64,000 bases of DNA from Candidatus Latescibacterota bacterium (GTDB taxonomy: Bacteria; Latescibacterota; UBA2968; GCA-2709665). The stretch covers positions 640,001-704,000 of the forward strand of contig OZ250150.1 of the NCBI GenBank assembly GCA_965237675.1, given 5' to 3'. Both the position numbers and the translations under genes were made by a program. Shown here in pieces: positions 48,991 through 59,936 of the stretch (positions are counted from its first letter, which is position 1; each line of letters starts with the position of its first letter). The notes under the pieces were generated by a model. It saw nothing but the letters and a program-made list of their open reading frames with translations, was not told the DNA's origin and did no database searches.

Positions 48991-49113
48991 TTTACCGGCT
49001 GCTGAGGGACCCGGTCGCCGGCTATGGGGACAGATTTCCGAGATTCCGAAGCGCCGCCGCGGTCGCGATTGCGGCGCACCTGCAGGTGTGGTTGGGTATC
49101 ACTGGCCTTCCCG

Positions 49114-49551
49114 TCACCTGGCTGGCTTATATTTCTGATATTGGTTGACGATCAGAAATCCCAGGCCAAGACCGGCAATGACCAGCACCGGAATGCGATA
49201 AATGTTGACCACATCGTACCTGAACACGGCTCCCGAGGCGCCGGCGGAAACGATCAGAAACGACAGGATGATAAGCGGTTTACAGATCGCCTGCGGTACA
49301 AACGCCGCCGTTACGATAGACAGGAGCGCCGAGTGGAAGATGAAGAATCCGGCGTAGCCGTTCCGGACGGCCATCGCGATCTGCCAATCGTACCGGCAGG
49401 CCCAGACCAGATAAACGTGGGCGACGACAACGAGCGCAACCAGGGCGATGGCCGGGCGCTTGCAGGAACCCCTGGTAACGAGTACCATATTCACCGAAAG
49501 GCCGAGATAACCCAGAAAAGCCAGAAGAAACGTGAAGTTTTCGAGCGTCAA
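49114..49551 (-). CDS. Hypothetical multi-pass membrane protein
   Basis: About five hydrophobic segments; start uncertain. Confidence 0.65.
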   Translation of the reverse strand: MTLENFTFLLAFLGYLGLSVNMVLVTRGSCKRPAIALVALVVVAHVYLVWACRYDWQIAMAVRNGYAGFFIFHSALLSIVTAAFVPQAICKPLIILSFLIVSAGASGAVFRYDVVNIYRIPVLVIAGLGLGFLIVNQYQKYKPAR

Positions 49552-49770
49552 GATAAGGTCGTTTTCGGCGACGTAGAGCGTGCCGTGGATGAAAGAACCG
49601 GTGGACAGCAGGCCAATAAAATGGGCAAAAAACCGGGATCGGGAATTTGCCCATGAAAACGTTCAGGCCCCTGGTCGAAGAGGGCGCCTGCCGCGTTTAT
49701 CCTGGAGAGTGCCAACAGATGCGGCATCAGCCGCCGGGGATTCTCACGCCGGACTATCTCCGCCTTACTC

Positions 49771-50985
49771 TTACTCTCCGGTATCGACCGGGTTTTTGAT
49801 CCGATCGATCTTATCCTCGCAGTACTTTTTCCATTTACGGGCTCTAAGTCCTTTTTCGTAGCTCCGTATTGCTTTCTCTTTCCAACCCTGCGGTCGCCAG
49901 GCGTCGTATACATCGCCGATAATGACGTATGCCGGAACTCCAAACTTTCGGCTAGAGACGGCTCTTCGGGCGAGATTCAGGGCGTTCTGGTATTGTTTGA
50001 GTTCGAAATAGGCGACCGCCGCCCGGTACTGGGTTTCACTGTCTCTGGAGTTCAGCGCGAGCGCCTGCTTGTATGCGGAGACGGCACTCTTGTAGTTCTT
50101 CCTGAGTGCATGGGAGTGTCCCAGTGCTGTATAGATCTTGACCTTGTCTTTCCCGGTAGGCGCCACGGCAACGGCTTTTCTGAGCGTGACGACTGCTTTT
50201 GAATATTGTTTCGTGCGATTGTAAACCAGGGCCAGGCTTCGATAGGCGTTGATATTGTTCTTGTCTTTGCAATTCGGATCGCTATCGATCGCCCGGTTGT
50301 AACTCCGGATCGCCCTGCTGTTTTTCTTGGTAATCCGAGACAGGTCCCCCAGTTGCCGATGGGCCCTGGCGTATTTCGGGTTGAGTTCTACGGCCGTAGT
50401 GAAAGCGTTCTTCGCCTGTTTGTACTTCCGGGCTTGTCTGGCGGCTAACCCCAAATTGTAGTAATTGGTAGCGTCCGTGGGATCGAGTTGGGTGGCATTT
50501 TCGTACTCTTCAATCGCCTTTCTGTAGTTCTTGCGGTACAAAAACGCCATGCCCTGCTTTGCATAGGCCGCTTTCAGGAGTCTCCGGGTATTGCCGTCCT
50601 GAAAGTTGGGGTCCAGGTTCAGGACCTGGTTAAAGACCGCCTGCGCATCCTTGTATTTTTTCAGGTTGAAATACATGTTGCCCAGTTCATAATGGGCTTC
50701 GACGTAGTCCGATTTGACCGAAACGGCTAACCTGAAATTGCCGATGGCTTTGTCATTATCTTTGAGCTTCTGATAAGTCTTTGCCATCCCGCGATACGCC
50801 TGGGCGTTGTTGCCATCCAGTTTGACAGCTTCTTCGAACGCCTGAAGGGCTTGCTGATAACGCCTTTTCTCGAAGAGGGCCTGACCGGCGTTGTATTTTT
50901 CCGCCGATTCGGGAGACACTTGAGCCCATGCCGGCTGGCAAAATAGAAGACATAAAAGCAGGAGTAAAGACTGTCGGCAACGCAT
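49771..50985 (-). CDS. Secreted TPR repeat protein
   Basis: Signal peptide ending AWA; multiple canonical TPRs. Confidence 0.9.
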   Translation of the reverse strand: MRCRQSLLLLLCLLFCQPAWAQVSPESAEKYNAGQALFEKRRYQQALQAFEEAVKLDGNNAQAYRGMAKTYQKLKDNDKAIGNFRLAVSVKSDYVEAHYELGNMYFNLKKYKDAQAVFNQVLNLDPNFQDGNTRRLLKAAYAKQGMAFLYRKNYRKAIEEYENATQLDPTDATNYYNLGLAARQARKYKQAKNAFTTAVELNPKYARAHRQLGDLSRITKKNSRAIRSYNRAIDSDPNCKDKNNINAYRSLALVYNRTKQYSKAVVTLRKAVAVAPTGKDKVKIYTALGHSHALRKNYKSAVSAYKQALALNSRDSETQYRAAVAYFELKQYQNALNLARRAVSSRKFGVPAYVIIGDVYDAWRPQGWKEKAIRSYEKGLRARKWKKYCEDKIDRIKNPVDTGE

Positions 50986-51145
50986 ATCCGGTGATCCTCT
51001 CGAAAATGCTGGTTAACATGAACGCAATTTATAGACGAATAATATTGCCAAATTCGGGTATGATGTCAACCGTTTTAGACATGCGGAAAGGCCACCACCG
51101 GTTGCGTGATGGCCTCTGCGGAGAAAAAAATCCCCTGGTTCAGGT

Positions 51146-51817
51146 TCAATCGTGCAGCTTGAAGCGGATGCGCTGGGTCATCCAGACATTCACGGGTTTG
51201 TCGTTCTGTATGGCTGGCTTGAATACGAATTGTCTAACGGCATCGATGGCCGCCCGCCTGAAAATTTCCTGGCCCTTCAACACCCGAACCTTGTCCGTCC
51301 GACCATCTCTGCGCACCATAAACTTCACGAAAACATTGCCCTCCAACCCCGCCTTGCGCGCAATTTCGGGGTATTCGGGGCTGACTGCCTTGATCTGCAC
51401 CGGTTTTTCCTCCACGCTCCAGAACTCCATCACTTCTTCTTCCATCGGCGCTTCGGTAGCACCCGGGGGAGGGGGCGGCAGATCTACGGGTGCCTGATCC
51501 AGGTCGAGATCGGTCGTTTCGATGGTCACGTCGTCGGGAACGTCGTCACTTTCGGTTTCAACCGGCATTGCGGGCCTCGGCGGAGGGGGCGGACGCTGTA
51601 TCTGACGCGTCTCCGGAATATTCTCCATCTGGATGATGATCTGGTCCTTTTTGCCCGCGGATGCCCGTATATCGAACGTGGGAAAAACGATAGCCATGAA
51701 AAGGTGCAGGGCGCAGGAGATACCGACCGACGACCAGAAGACTTTGGGATAGCGCCTTCTGAGGTCGTGTTCAGGGTATTTACTGCGGACGATATCCTTC
51801 CCTTTGATATAGGCCAT
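51146..51817 (-). CDS. tonB: Energy transducer TonB
   Basis: TM helix with S..LH, Pro-rich linker, C-terminal domain YPEIARKAGLEG. Confidence 0.92.
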   Translation of the reverse strand: MAYIKGKDIVRSKYPEHDLRRRYPKVFWSSVGISCALHLFMAIVFPTFDIRASAGKKDQIIIQMENIPETRQIQRPPPPPRPAMPVETESDDVPDDVTIETTDLDLDQAPVDLPPPPPGATEAPMEEEVMEFWSVEEKPVQIKAVSPEYPEIARKAGLEGNVFVKFMVRRDGRTDKVRVLKGQEIFRRAAIDAVRQFVFKPAIQNDKPVNVWMTQRIRFKLHD

Positions 51818-51822
51818 ATTCG

Positions 51823-52233
51823 TTACCTCTCTCGATCAGTGGCAAAGTTGACGCGGAGGGCATCGGCATTGCGAAGTTCCTCGACCACTCTGGATACCAG
51901 CCCGTAGGGCGCCCGCGTATCGCATTTCAGTGAGACGATCAGGCGAGGATTCTGCACGCGGCGTTCGTAGAAGATGGCGGCAACCTGGTTGACCTGGGCG
52001 ATTTTGTCGTCTATATAGACCTTCTGATCCGCGGAGATCCATACATAGGATATATGGCGACGCGTTTTGATTTCCTCGACCTTTTCCGCTTTGGGCAGCA
52101 CAATACCGGTGACCCGATAGCGGACGAAAACCGTCGTGACCATGAAAAAGATCAGGAGGAGAAAGGCGATATCTGCCATTGAACCGGTCGGAATGGACGT
52201 ATGTACCCCGGATTTTTTTGAAAAATCTGCCAT
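51823..52233 (-). CDS. exbD: ExbD/TolR family protein
   Basis: SMADIAFLLLIFFMVTT. Confidence 0.92.
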   Translation of the reverse strand: MADFSKKSGVHTSIPTGSMADIAFLLLIFFMVTTVFVRYRVTGIVLPKAEKVEEIKTRRHISYVWISADQKVYIDDKIAQVNQVAAIFYERRVQNPRLIVSLKCDTRAPYGLVSRVVEELRNADALRVNFATDRER

Positions 52234-52261
52234 GCTGAGGGTCTCCTGTTGCCGGACGTGC

Positions 52262-52678
52262 CTACTTTTCCGGGGATGCTAGAGAGATCCGCGTTGCGCC
52301 CGAAAGCTTGATCTCATCCAGAACGTCTATGAAGTCGGTATAGGGCGTCTCCTCGTCCGCCTTGAGGGAAACGATCAGTTTGTCGTTTTCGCCCAGACGC
52401 CGTTCGATATCGGCGCGGAGTTGCGTCAGACGTATTTCCTGTTCCAGGTTTATAAGAATATCACCGGAAGCATTCACCCAGACGTTGCAGATGTTCTTCT
52501 TCTGGATCTTTTTATTTTCTCCGGCGGGCGGAAGCTGCATGCCAATGCCCTTGTCCTGGTTCATCGTGGTGGTAACCAGGAAAAAGACAATCAGCAGAAA
52601 GGCGATATCCGCCATGGACGAAGTTGGGATTTCCGGGTTGGACTTGTTTCGCCTTGACAACGATGGCTTATTTGCCAT
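52262..52678 (-). CDS. exbD: ExbD/TolR family protein
   Basis: SMADIAFLLIVFFLVTT, LKADEETPY. Confidence 0.92.
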   Translation of the reverse strand: MANKPSLSRRNKSNPEIPTSSMADIAFLLIVFFLVTTTMNQDKGIGMQLPPAGENKKIQKKNICNVWVNASGDILINLEQEIRLTQLRADIERRLGENDKLIVSLKADEETPYTDFIDVLDEIKLSGATRISLASPEK

Positions 52679-52681
52679 GGC

Positions 52682-53308
52682 TTATTCTCCCGCAGGCGTA
52701 TCGTAGCCGGCCTGGATCAGTTCGTCCACGAACTGAGAGGAACTTTCCTGCATATCGATGATGATTTTATCGATCTTGGAGACGAAAAGGTTGTGAAATG
52801 CCTGAATCGGAATGGCGATAACCAGGCCGGAGGCGGTTGTTATGAGTGCCTCGGAAATACCGGAAGCCACAATACTGGGCTCTACGTCACCGGCTTTTGC
52901 AATAGCTTCGAAGGCGCTGATCATACCGCTTACGGTTCCCAGGAACCCGAGCAGCGGGGCAATATTGGCCACGGTGGACAACCAGACCATGCCTTTTTCC
53001 AGGAAGGCCATTTCGATGGCGCCGGATTCTTCGATGGCCTTTTCCACGTGTTCAATCCCTCGATCCAGGCGGAGAAGCCCCGCGTGGAGAACGGAGGCGA
53101 CCGGCCCGCGGTGGCTCGCGCAGACTTCGGCGACGCCTTCCGGCCCTCGCTGCTTGAGCGCTTCCTGAACCGCAGTGAAGAATTCCCGGGTGTCGATTGA
53201 AGACCGCCACAGCGACCAGAAACGTTCTATACTTACCGCAATACCGAAAAGCAACATAAGCAGTAGCGGGTGCATGAAGGGCCCGCCGTTAACATAAAGT
53301 TCAACCAT
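52682..53308 (-). CDS. exbB: MotA/TolQ/ExbB proton channel
   Basis: APLLGFLGTVSGMI, GISEALITTASGL. Confidence 0.93.
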   Translation of the reverse strand: MVELYVNGGPFMHPLLLMLLFGIAVSIERFWSLWRSSIDTREFFTAVQEALKQRGPEGVAEVCASHRGPVASVLHAGLLRLDRGIEHVEKAIEESGAIEMAFLEKGMVWLSTVANIAPLLGFLGTVSGMISAFEAIAKAGDVEPSIVASGISEALITTASGLVIAIPIQAFHNLFVSKIDKIIIDMQESSSQFVDELIQAGYDTPAGE

Positions 53309-53495
53309 GCTTCAATCCCCCCAGATGACGATGTGAATGTTCGCTGCGGTGGAATAATGCGCGCGTGAAGCGCGGGCCGCCGGCGATCGTCCAGGATTCA
53401 ATCCTGGATCCCGGACGATTTTCGAGCCTCGGCATTCGTAATATTATTGCGACCGAAGATCAGAAAACATGTGACATTTCCAGAACCCGGCATGC

Positions 53496-54707
53496 CTATT
53501 TTTTCCCTTCGATATCCACCTCCTCGTTTTTCTTCTTTTTGAAGAATTCCAGTCTCTTTTTTTCCTCATCGGACATCGGAGGGTCGATTTCATCGATCAT
53601 CCGCTTGGCGTTTCCGGCCCAAAGCGGATCTTTCCCGGCTCTCTTGTACCATTTGAGCGCGTTGACGGAATCCTGAACGGAATTGGATTTCTTCCATTTC
53701 CTGTAATGGAACTCTCCTTTCATGTAGCTGAATTTTCCGTTTCCCGGATCCAATCTGAGACCCCTGTTGACCAGCCTCATTTCGCCGGTAGCATCGGCCA
53801 GTTGCTCAACGACGCTCAGGTTATCGGGTTGAAGCCTGATCATTTTTCTCAGGAGGTCGATCTGAAACCGCCTTGGCTTGTTCAGCTGTTTTCCCAACGT
53901 AAACAACTGGTCCAGATAAAGTAAATCCTCCGGGCTGTGGTCGTGGAGCTTTTGATACGCGCTGAATGCTTTATGGGCCATTTCGAGCCGCCGGTACATT
54001 CTGGCGAGATTGTCCAGCGTGCCGTAATCGCCCGGGTTCATCTTCAGAAGCCGCTCCATCTCCTCGAGGGCTTCGTCTTCGTTGCCCATATGAAGGGCGA
54101 GCTTTGCAATGGCATCCTGTACGTCCGGATTGTCCGGTTCCAATTTACGCCACCGTCGCGTATGCTTCAGCGCCGACTCGTAGTCTTCAATTTCGATATA
54201 GAGTGTGACCAGTTGGTGCAGATATTGGATCTGCTGTTCCGGTTTCTTGGAGAGAGTGAGGAGCTTTTCAAACACCTCGATGGCCTCCTGACGCATTTCT
54301 TCCAATACGTACAGCTGACCGAGGTAGAAACGGGCGTTTCGCGCGTTCGGACCATTGGGATTCAGTTCGATCGTCTTCTTGAACCAGGCAATGGCATCAT
54401 GGGTTACTTCGGTTGCGTAGTACAACTTTCCGAGGTAGTAGGCCGTCTGCGCATTCCTGGAATCGAAGCCCCAGGATTTGGTCAATTGTATACGGGCGTC
54501 TTCGTACAGTTTGTTATCCAGATATCGCTTGCCAAAGTAGACGTGCTTCCGTGACATCGCCCCCGAGTCGACGGGCGCCTCCCGTGGCTTGTGCTCTTTC
54601 TCCTTCGACTTCCTTCTGGCCTGTACCGGTGACAACAAGCCCAGGATCAGAAAGCCGCAGAGAAGAATGATGAAACGATTTGCATACCTGGAACGCATAA
54701 CAAACAC
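53496..54707 (-). CDS. Secreted TPR repeat protein
   Basis: Signal peptide; TPRs (AYYLGKLY, ARFYLGQLY). Confidence 0.85.
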   Translation of the reverse strand: MFVMRSRYANRFIILLCGFLILGLLSPVQARRKSKEKEHKPREAPVDSGAMSRKHVYFGKRYLDNKLYEDARIQLTKSWGFDSRNAQTAYYLGKLYYATEVTHDAIAWFKKTIELNPNGPNARNARFYLGQLYVLEEMRQEAIEVFEKLLTLSKKPEQQIQYLHQLVTLYIEIEDYESALKHTRRWRKLEPDNPDVQDAIAKLALHMGNEDEALEEMERLLKMNPGDYGTLDNLARMYRRLEMAHKAFSAYQKLHDHSPEDLLYLDQLFTLGKQLNKPRRFQIDLLRKMIRLQPDNLSVVEQLADATGEMRLVNRGLRLDPGNGKFSYMKGEFHYRKWKKSNSVQDSVNALKWYKRAGKDPLWAGNAKRMIDEIDPPMSDEEKKRLEFFKKKKNEEVDIEGKK

Positions 54708-54799
54708 TCCTTGCCTGCACAGCCCCGACCTACCGCCGTATCTGCGTAAATCGCTGGTATCAAATTGTATACAAGTTGTGTAACTCTTAGAAACGTAGA

Positions 54800-54828
54800 A
54801 ATCTAACGAATAGAAATTTGGATGTCAA
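54800..54828 (-). promoter_or_regulatory. sigma70-like promoter for the TPR-exb-tonB locus
   Basis: TTGACA-17 nt-TAGATT. Confidence 0.65.
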
Positions 54829-55405
54829 GGCAAAATCCGTACCTATTTTAAGGAATTGAAATTGCGACGTGTCAGGATGGTGGATGTTCCCCGACGCGTC
54901 GTCGGGAGCGGGCCGGGGCGGGACGAATTCCCAATATATCAAAAGGTGGCGTTTCCGCAACTCGAACCGATGACCGGCAACTCCTTTGATCAGGCGCCAT
55001 TCTCTGTTGAACGGTGCATGCCTGCCTCACCCCCGGGACGCGTGCAACACCCGGCCTGGCATCGCATCAATCTGCGCGATGTTTCACCGGCACCGTTCCG
55101 CTGGAATCCGGAGGATGGCCGGCTTTTCGGGCTGATTGAACCGGATTTTCACGACCTGTGATCCGCAAGCTGCCTTATCAAGAATCCTCATCAAATGCCT
55201 GTTGACACAACCTGGCGAATCCGGTATATTGGGATCATTGACTTTGTGCAGGAAGTATATGTACGATCATACCCGTAGTATCCAGCGAGTTTCGCATGCG
55301 CAAGAGGCTTTGGGCATCCGACCTTGTCGTTGAGGGAAGATTTTTTCCGCCCCTGATTAACTGCGCGCCCAGGAGGCATCCGGCCTTGTAATGGGCAAAA
55401 TATGC

Positions 55406-55435
55406 AAACCCCTTGACACGTATGTCAAGGGGTTT
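55406..55435. promoter_or_regulatory. Perfect 13-bp inverted repeat upstream of guaB (operator or terminator)
   Basis: AAACCCCTTGACA-CGTA-TGTCAAGGGGTTT. Confidence 0.45.
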
Positions 55436-55505
55436 CTTGTATCCGGGTGTGTTGCAATGGTTGAGTAATTGGATGCGCCGTTGTACTCAAACCAGGGAGA
55501 CATTT

Positions 55506-56978
55506 ATGGACAGAACCAAGGAAAAAATCGCCAGAGAGGGATTGACTTATGACGATGTGCTGTTGATTCCCGACAAATCCGAAGTGTTGCCCAACGAGGT
55601 GGATCTGACCACGCAGCTCACCCGCAGAATCCGGCTGAATATCCCGCTGGTGAGCGCCGCCATGGATACGGTTACCGAAGCCAGGCTGGCCATCGCGATT
55701 GCCCAGGAAGGCGGCATCGGAATTGTTCACAGGAATCTATCCATTGAAGAGCAGGCCGAGGAAGTGGCGAAGGTGAAGCGGTCGGAAAGCGGGATGATCG
55801 TCGATCCATTGACGCTTTCACCGGACAATTATATCCGAGAGGCACTGGATATGATGTCCAATTATCGAATTTCCGGAGTGCCGATCGTGGACGGCGGCAA
55901 GAGGCTGGTAGGTATCCTGACCAACCGGGACCTCAGATTCCAAAAAAACGTACATCGGAAGGTGTCCGAGGTCATGACACACAAGGGCCTGGTAACGGCC
56001 CGATTGGGCATTTCTCTGGAGGAAGCGCAGGAGATTCTTCAGGAACATCGTATTGAAAAGCTGCCCGTGGTCGACGAAAAGGGTGTGCTTAAAGGGTTAA
56101 TCACTGTAAAGGATATCGAGAAAAAGATTCAGTATCCGCACGCGTGCAAAGACAGACTCGGGAGGCTCCGCGTCGGCGCCGCGGTGGGCGTGGGGAACGA
56201 TCTGGAAGCCCATGTCGGAACGCTGGTCGACCGGGACGTGGATGTGATCGTCGTGGATACGGCCCACGGACATTCGCGGGGTGTGCTTGAATCCGTTGAA
56301 CGCATCAAGAATGCCTTTCCGGCAACCCAGGTGATTGCCGGCAACATTGTAACGGCCGAAGGCGCCCGGGATCTGATTCTGGCGGGAACGGATGCCGTCA
56401 AAGTGGGTATGGGGCCTTCGGCAAGTTGCACCACGCGGGTGATTGCCGGGGCCGGCGTGCCCCAGGTATCGGCGATAATGGACTGCGCCGAGGTCGCGGA
56501 GAAGGCCGGCATTCCGGTGATCGCGGACGGCGGAATCACCCAATCGGGAGATATCACCAAGGCCATTGCGGCCGGCGCGAATTCCGTAATGATCGGTTTT
56601 CTGTTCGCGGGGACCGATGAAAGCCCCGGAGAGTCGGTTATCTACCAGGGACGGACGTTCAAGGTTTATCGGGGCATGGGATCGCTGGGCGCCATGCAGC
56701 GCGGAAGCAAGGACCGATATTTCCAGGGAAACGTCGAGACCAACAAGCTGGTCCCTGAGGGAATCGAGGGGCAGGTTCCTTATAAAGGATCCATATCAGG
56801 ATTCATATATCAACTCATAGGCGGGTTGAGAGCAGGCATGGGCTATTGCGGAACGAGAAATGTTGCGGAACTCCGGAAGAACGGACGTTTCGTAAAGGTC
56901 TCGTCCGCAGGTGTTCGGGAAAGCCACGCGCACGATGTAACGGTTACAAAAGAGGCCCCCAACTACCGGCTGGAATAG
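55506..56978 (+). CDS. guaB: IMP dehydrogenase
   Basis: [20 protein letters not shown] pair, [24 protein letters not shown]. Confidence 0.97.
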   Translation: MDRTKEKIAREGLTYDDVLLIPDKSEVLPNEVDLTTQLTRRIRLNIPLVSAAMDTVTEARLAIAIAQEGGIGIVHRNLSIEEQAEEVAKVKRSESGMIVDPLTLSPDNYIREALDMMSNYRISGVPIVDGGKRLVGILTNRDLRFQKNVHRKVSEVMTHKGLVTARLGISLEEAQEILQEHRIEKLPVVDEKGVLKGLITVKDIEKKIQYPHACKDRLGRLRVGAAVGVGNDLEAHVGTLVDRDVDVIVVDTAHGHSRGVLESVERIKNAFPATQVIAGNIVTAEGARDLILAGTDAVKVGMGPSASCTTRVIAGAGVPQVSAIMDCAEVAEKAGIPVIADGGITQSGDITKAIAAGANSVMIGFLFAGTDESPGESVIYQGRTFKVYRGMGSLGAMQRGSKDRYFQGNVETNKLVPEGIEGQVPYKGSISGFIYQLIGGLRAGMGYCGTRNVAELRKNGRFVKVSSAGVRESHAHDVTVTKEAPNYRLE

Positions 56979-56999
56979 AGTCTGAGCGGACGATCGGCG

Positions 57000-57035
57000 A
57001 ACGGCAGATGGCACTCGACATCTGCCGTTTCATTT
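57000..57035 (+). terminator. Probable terminator hairpin after guaB
   Basis: AACGGCAGATG / CATCTGCCGTT 11-bp stem, then TCATTT. Confidence 0.55.
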
Positions 57036-57064
57036 GGATTTCCCATAGGAAGCGGAAGGTCAGC

Positions 57065-58192
57065 GTGCAGATCGATATCCAGGATTTACGGGCCCGGTTT
57101 CCGGTTACGGAACATTGGATATACATGAATCACGCCGGGATCGCGCCCATCTCCCGGTGTGTCTACCGGGCAATGGACGGCATTCTCAAAGACCTGACCC
57201 ACAACGGCATGGTAAACCTGCACGAGTGGGACGAGGTCTGTTTACAGACGCGTAAATCGGCCGCCCGTCTGGTTGGCGCGAGCGCTGCGGAGATTGCCTT
57301 TGTCAAGAATACGACAGAAGGTATTTTGATGGTTGCCAACGGATTGACATGGCAGTCGGGCGACAACGTCGTGATCCCCGATCGGGGATTTCCAGCCAAT
57401 GTCTACCCATGGCTGAACCTGAGGTCAGAAGGCGTCGAGGTGCGGCGTGTTCCCGAGGTTGACGGGCGTATCCCGCTGGATGATTTGTTGAATGCCGTCG
57501 ACGAACGAACACGTGTGCTATCTGTGAGTTCGGTCGAGTTCGCAAGCGGATTTCGGCACGACCTGCGGGAAATCGGCAGATTCTGCAGAGCACGTGGCGT
57601 TCTTTTTTTTGTGGATGTCATTCAGAGCCTCGGGGTGCTGACCCTGGACGTCTCGGACGCCCAAATCGATTTTGTTTCGGCCGACGCTCACAAGTGGCTG
57701 CTGGGTCCGGAAGGAATCGGCATTTTTTATTGCTCACGCCGCGCATGGCCTCATCTGCGGGTGGCGAACCTGGGCTGGGCGAATGTGGTCGAACCCAGGG
57801 ATTTTCTGTCGTACGATACCACGCTGCTGTCCGATGCGCAGCGGTTCGAATGCGGCACGTTGAATACGGTTGGCATTCATGGGTTGAGGGCCGGCCTCGA
57901 CCTCATTCATCGGGCAGGCATCGAACGGATCGAAGCGAAGGTGTTGTCATTGACGGATCAACTCTGCGCCGGGCTTGAGGAAAAAGGCTATCGTGTGGTC
58001 AGCTCGAGAACTTGTGGTGAAAAGTCGGGCATTGTCGTCTTCCATCATTCCCGAATCGACACGGAAGCGATCTACGGGAAGCTGTGTGCGGCACGTATCG
58101 TATGCGCGATACGGGGAGGCCGCATCCGACTGTCGCCGCATTTCTACAATACAGAAGACGAAGTCGATCAGGTGCTGGATATCCTTCCGTAG
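57065..58192 (+). CDS. PLP-dependent aminotransferase class V family
   Basis: YMNHAG, KNTTEG, VDVIQSLG, DAHKWLLGP, RLSPHFYN. Confidence 0.9.
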   Translation: MQIDIQDLRARFPVTEHWIYMNHAGIAPISRCVYRAMDGILKDLTHNGMVNLHEWDEVCLQTRKSAARLVGASAAEIAFVKNTTEGILMVANGLTWQSGDNVVIPDRGFPANVYPWLNLRSEGVEVRRVPEVDGRIPLDDLLNAVDERTRVLSVSSVEFASGFRHDLREIGRFCRARGVLFFVDVIQSLGVLTLDVSDAQIDFVSADAHKWLLGPEGIGIFYCSRRAWPHLRVANLGWANVVEPRDFLSYDTTLLSDAQRFECGTLNTVGIHGLRAGLDLIHRAGIERIEAKVLSLTDQLCAGLEEKGYRVVSSRTCGEKSGIVVFHHSRIDTEAIYGKLCAARIVCAIRGGRIRLSPHFYNTEDEVDQVLDILP

Positions 58193-58240
58193 GATCCATT
58201 GCCGCTTGAGAGGCGGTAAAATCCCCGCAAGGCGGATATC

Positions 58241-58657
58241 ATGGCGGAGAACGTCGCAGGCGAGATCGAGAATCTTCTGGCCTCACTTGAAAATGCCGTT
58301 ATCCGACGGGATCCCCAAGCATTGGAAGACGTCCTGGCGGCGGATGTCTGCGCTTTTTTTTCGGGAGCATACGCCTCCGTACGCGGCCGGGAGGCGGTGC
58401 TGGCCACATGGATACGACACTTCGAGCGCTGGTCTGACGTCCGTATCGCACGACGGAATACAGTGGTCGGTTCACAGGGAAATGTGGCCTGGGGGCACTT
58501 TCTGTGGGATGGAGAAGGCAGGATGGGCGCGCAAAACTACAGGTTGGAAGGCGAACGGTGGACCGTGGTTCTGCAATTTGAGAATGGTTGCTGGCGGTTT
58601 GTGCAGATGCATTCGTCCATGCCATACAGGGATTGGGAAGCACATCGCACGGAGTGA
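58241..58657 (+). CDS. NTF2/SnoaL-like protein
   Basis: VRGREAV, RWTVVL..ENGCWRFVQMHSS. Confidence 0.8.
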   Translation: MAENVAGEIENLLASLENAVIRRDPQALEDVLAADVCAFFSGAYASVRGREAVLATWIRHFERWSDVRIARRNTVVGSQGNVAWGHFLWDGEGRMGAQNYRLEGERWTVVLQFENGCWRFVQMHSSMPYRDWEAHRTE

Positions 58658-58820
58658 TTTTCCAGGGATAACGTCCGGTGCCGGTATACCGGATTCGCGG
58701 CGTTGGGAATCCCTGAACCCCTTCGGCGCGGGTAGGATGCATCTGCGCCTTACGATGCGGATTCCGTTCTCCTGGACAGCAGGGTAAAGCGTCGGCGAAT
58801 ACAGATTTCAAAAGAGGGTC

Positions 58821-59936
58821 GTGGTGGATGAATTGCCGGAGACGATTCTGCAATTTGGCGGAGGCAGTTTTCTCCGGGCGTTCGCGGATGTGTTCGTACA
58901 CGAGGCGAATGCCTTCGGTGAAGCCGTGGGGCGCGTCGTGGTGGTGCAGTCCACCAAGGGCAATCGCGCGGCGTTGCTGAACGCGCAGGGCGGGCGGTAT
59001 CACGTTGTGATCAGGGGGTTGGCGGACGGGGAAAAAATCGACAGAACACTCGCGGTTCGGAGTATCAGCCGGGCGCTGGTTGCGAAAGCCGAATGGGCAG
59101 GGGTGATCGCGGTTGCCCGGTCGCCGGCTTTGCGCATGATTATTTCCAACACGACCGAAGCGGGGTACTCGCTCGTTGACAAAGATGATCCCGAAATGCC
59201 CCGTTCATTCCCCGCCCGACTGCTTTGCGTTCTTCAAGCACGATACGAAGCCGGGCTGGCGGGACTGTCGGTGTTGCCCTGCGAACTCGTAGAGCCGAAT
59301 GGCGAGTTGCTGCGGGAACTGGTGCTTGCCCAGGCCGAAGCCTGGCGTCTGAATGCGGGGTTTCAGGACTGGATTCGGATTGAGGTGCGATGGGTGAACA
59401 CGCTGGTGGATCGAATCGTAAGCGGTACGCCGGAAGCGCATCCGCTTCTGGCGTCAGACGGGTTGCTGACGGCAGCGGAGCCGTTTGCCCTTTGGGTGGT
59501 CGAGGCGGAAGCCGGGGATCTCTTCGCACACCCGTGTGTCCGGTTCGTTAACGACGTTCGACCTTATGCGATGCGGAAGGTGCGCATCTTGAACGGAGCC
59601 CATACGGCACTGGTATGCAGGGCGCTTCCGAATGGGTTACGCACGGTTCGGGAGGCCGTTGAGGATCCGCTGGTTGGGTTGTGGTTGAGGCGGCTGATTT
59701 TCGAGGAGATCGTACCAACGCTTCAGGACGTCGTGGACGATGCCGATCGATTTGCCGAACAGGTTCTGGAGCGATTCGCCAATCCTTATCTGGATCACCG
59801 ACTCGAGGATATTGCGCTACATCACGAGCAGAAAGTGAACGTCCGGCTGATGCCGACCTATAAGGCATATCTGGAGGCATTTGGACGGCCGCCGGGTTTA
59901 CTGGGGGACATACTCGCTCGGGAAACCACGCGATGA
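58821..59936 (+). CDS. uxaB: Altronate/tagaturonate oxidoreductase-like (mannitol dehydrogenase family)
   Basis: ETILQFGGGSFLRAF, ISNTTEAG, PCEL, NTLVDRIV, RKVRILNGAHT, RFANP. Confidence 0.85.
   Translation: MVDELPETILQFGGGSFLRAFADVFVHEANAFGEAVGRVVVVQSTKGNRAALLNAQGGRYHVVIRGLADGEKIDRTLAVRSISRALVAKAEWAGVIAVARSPALRMIISNTTEAGYSLVDKDDPEMPRSFPARLLCVLQARYEAGLAGLSVLPCELVEPNGELLRELVLAQAEAWRLNAGFQDWIRIEVRWVNTLVDRIVSGTPEAHPLLASDGLLTAAEPFALWVVEAEAGDLFAHPCVRFVNDVRPYAMRKVRILNGAHTALVCRALPNGLRTVREAVEDPLVGLWLRRLIFEEIVPTLQDVVDDADRFAEQVLERFANPYLDHRLEDIALHHEQKVNVRLMPTYKAYLEAFGRPPGLLGDILARETTR

Noticed and set aside
53390-53408. Palindrome TCCAGGATT-C-AATCCTGGA upstream of exbB
   Set aside because: Single occurrence that does not match a Fur box; function unsupported.
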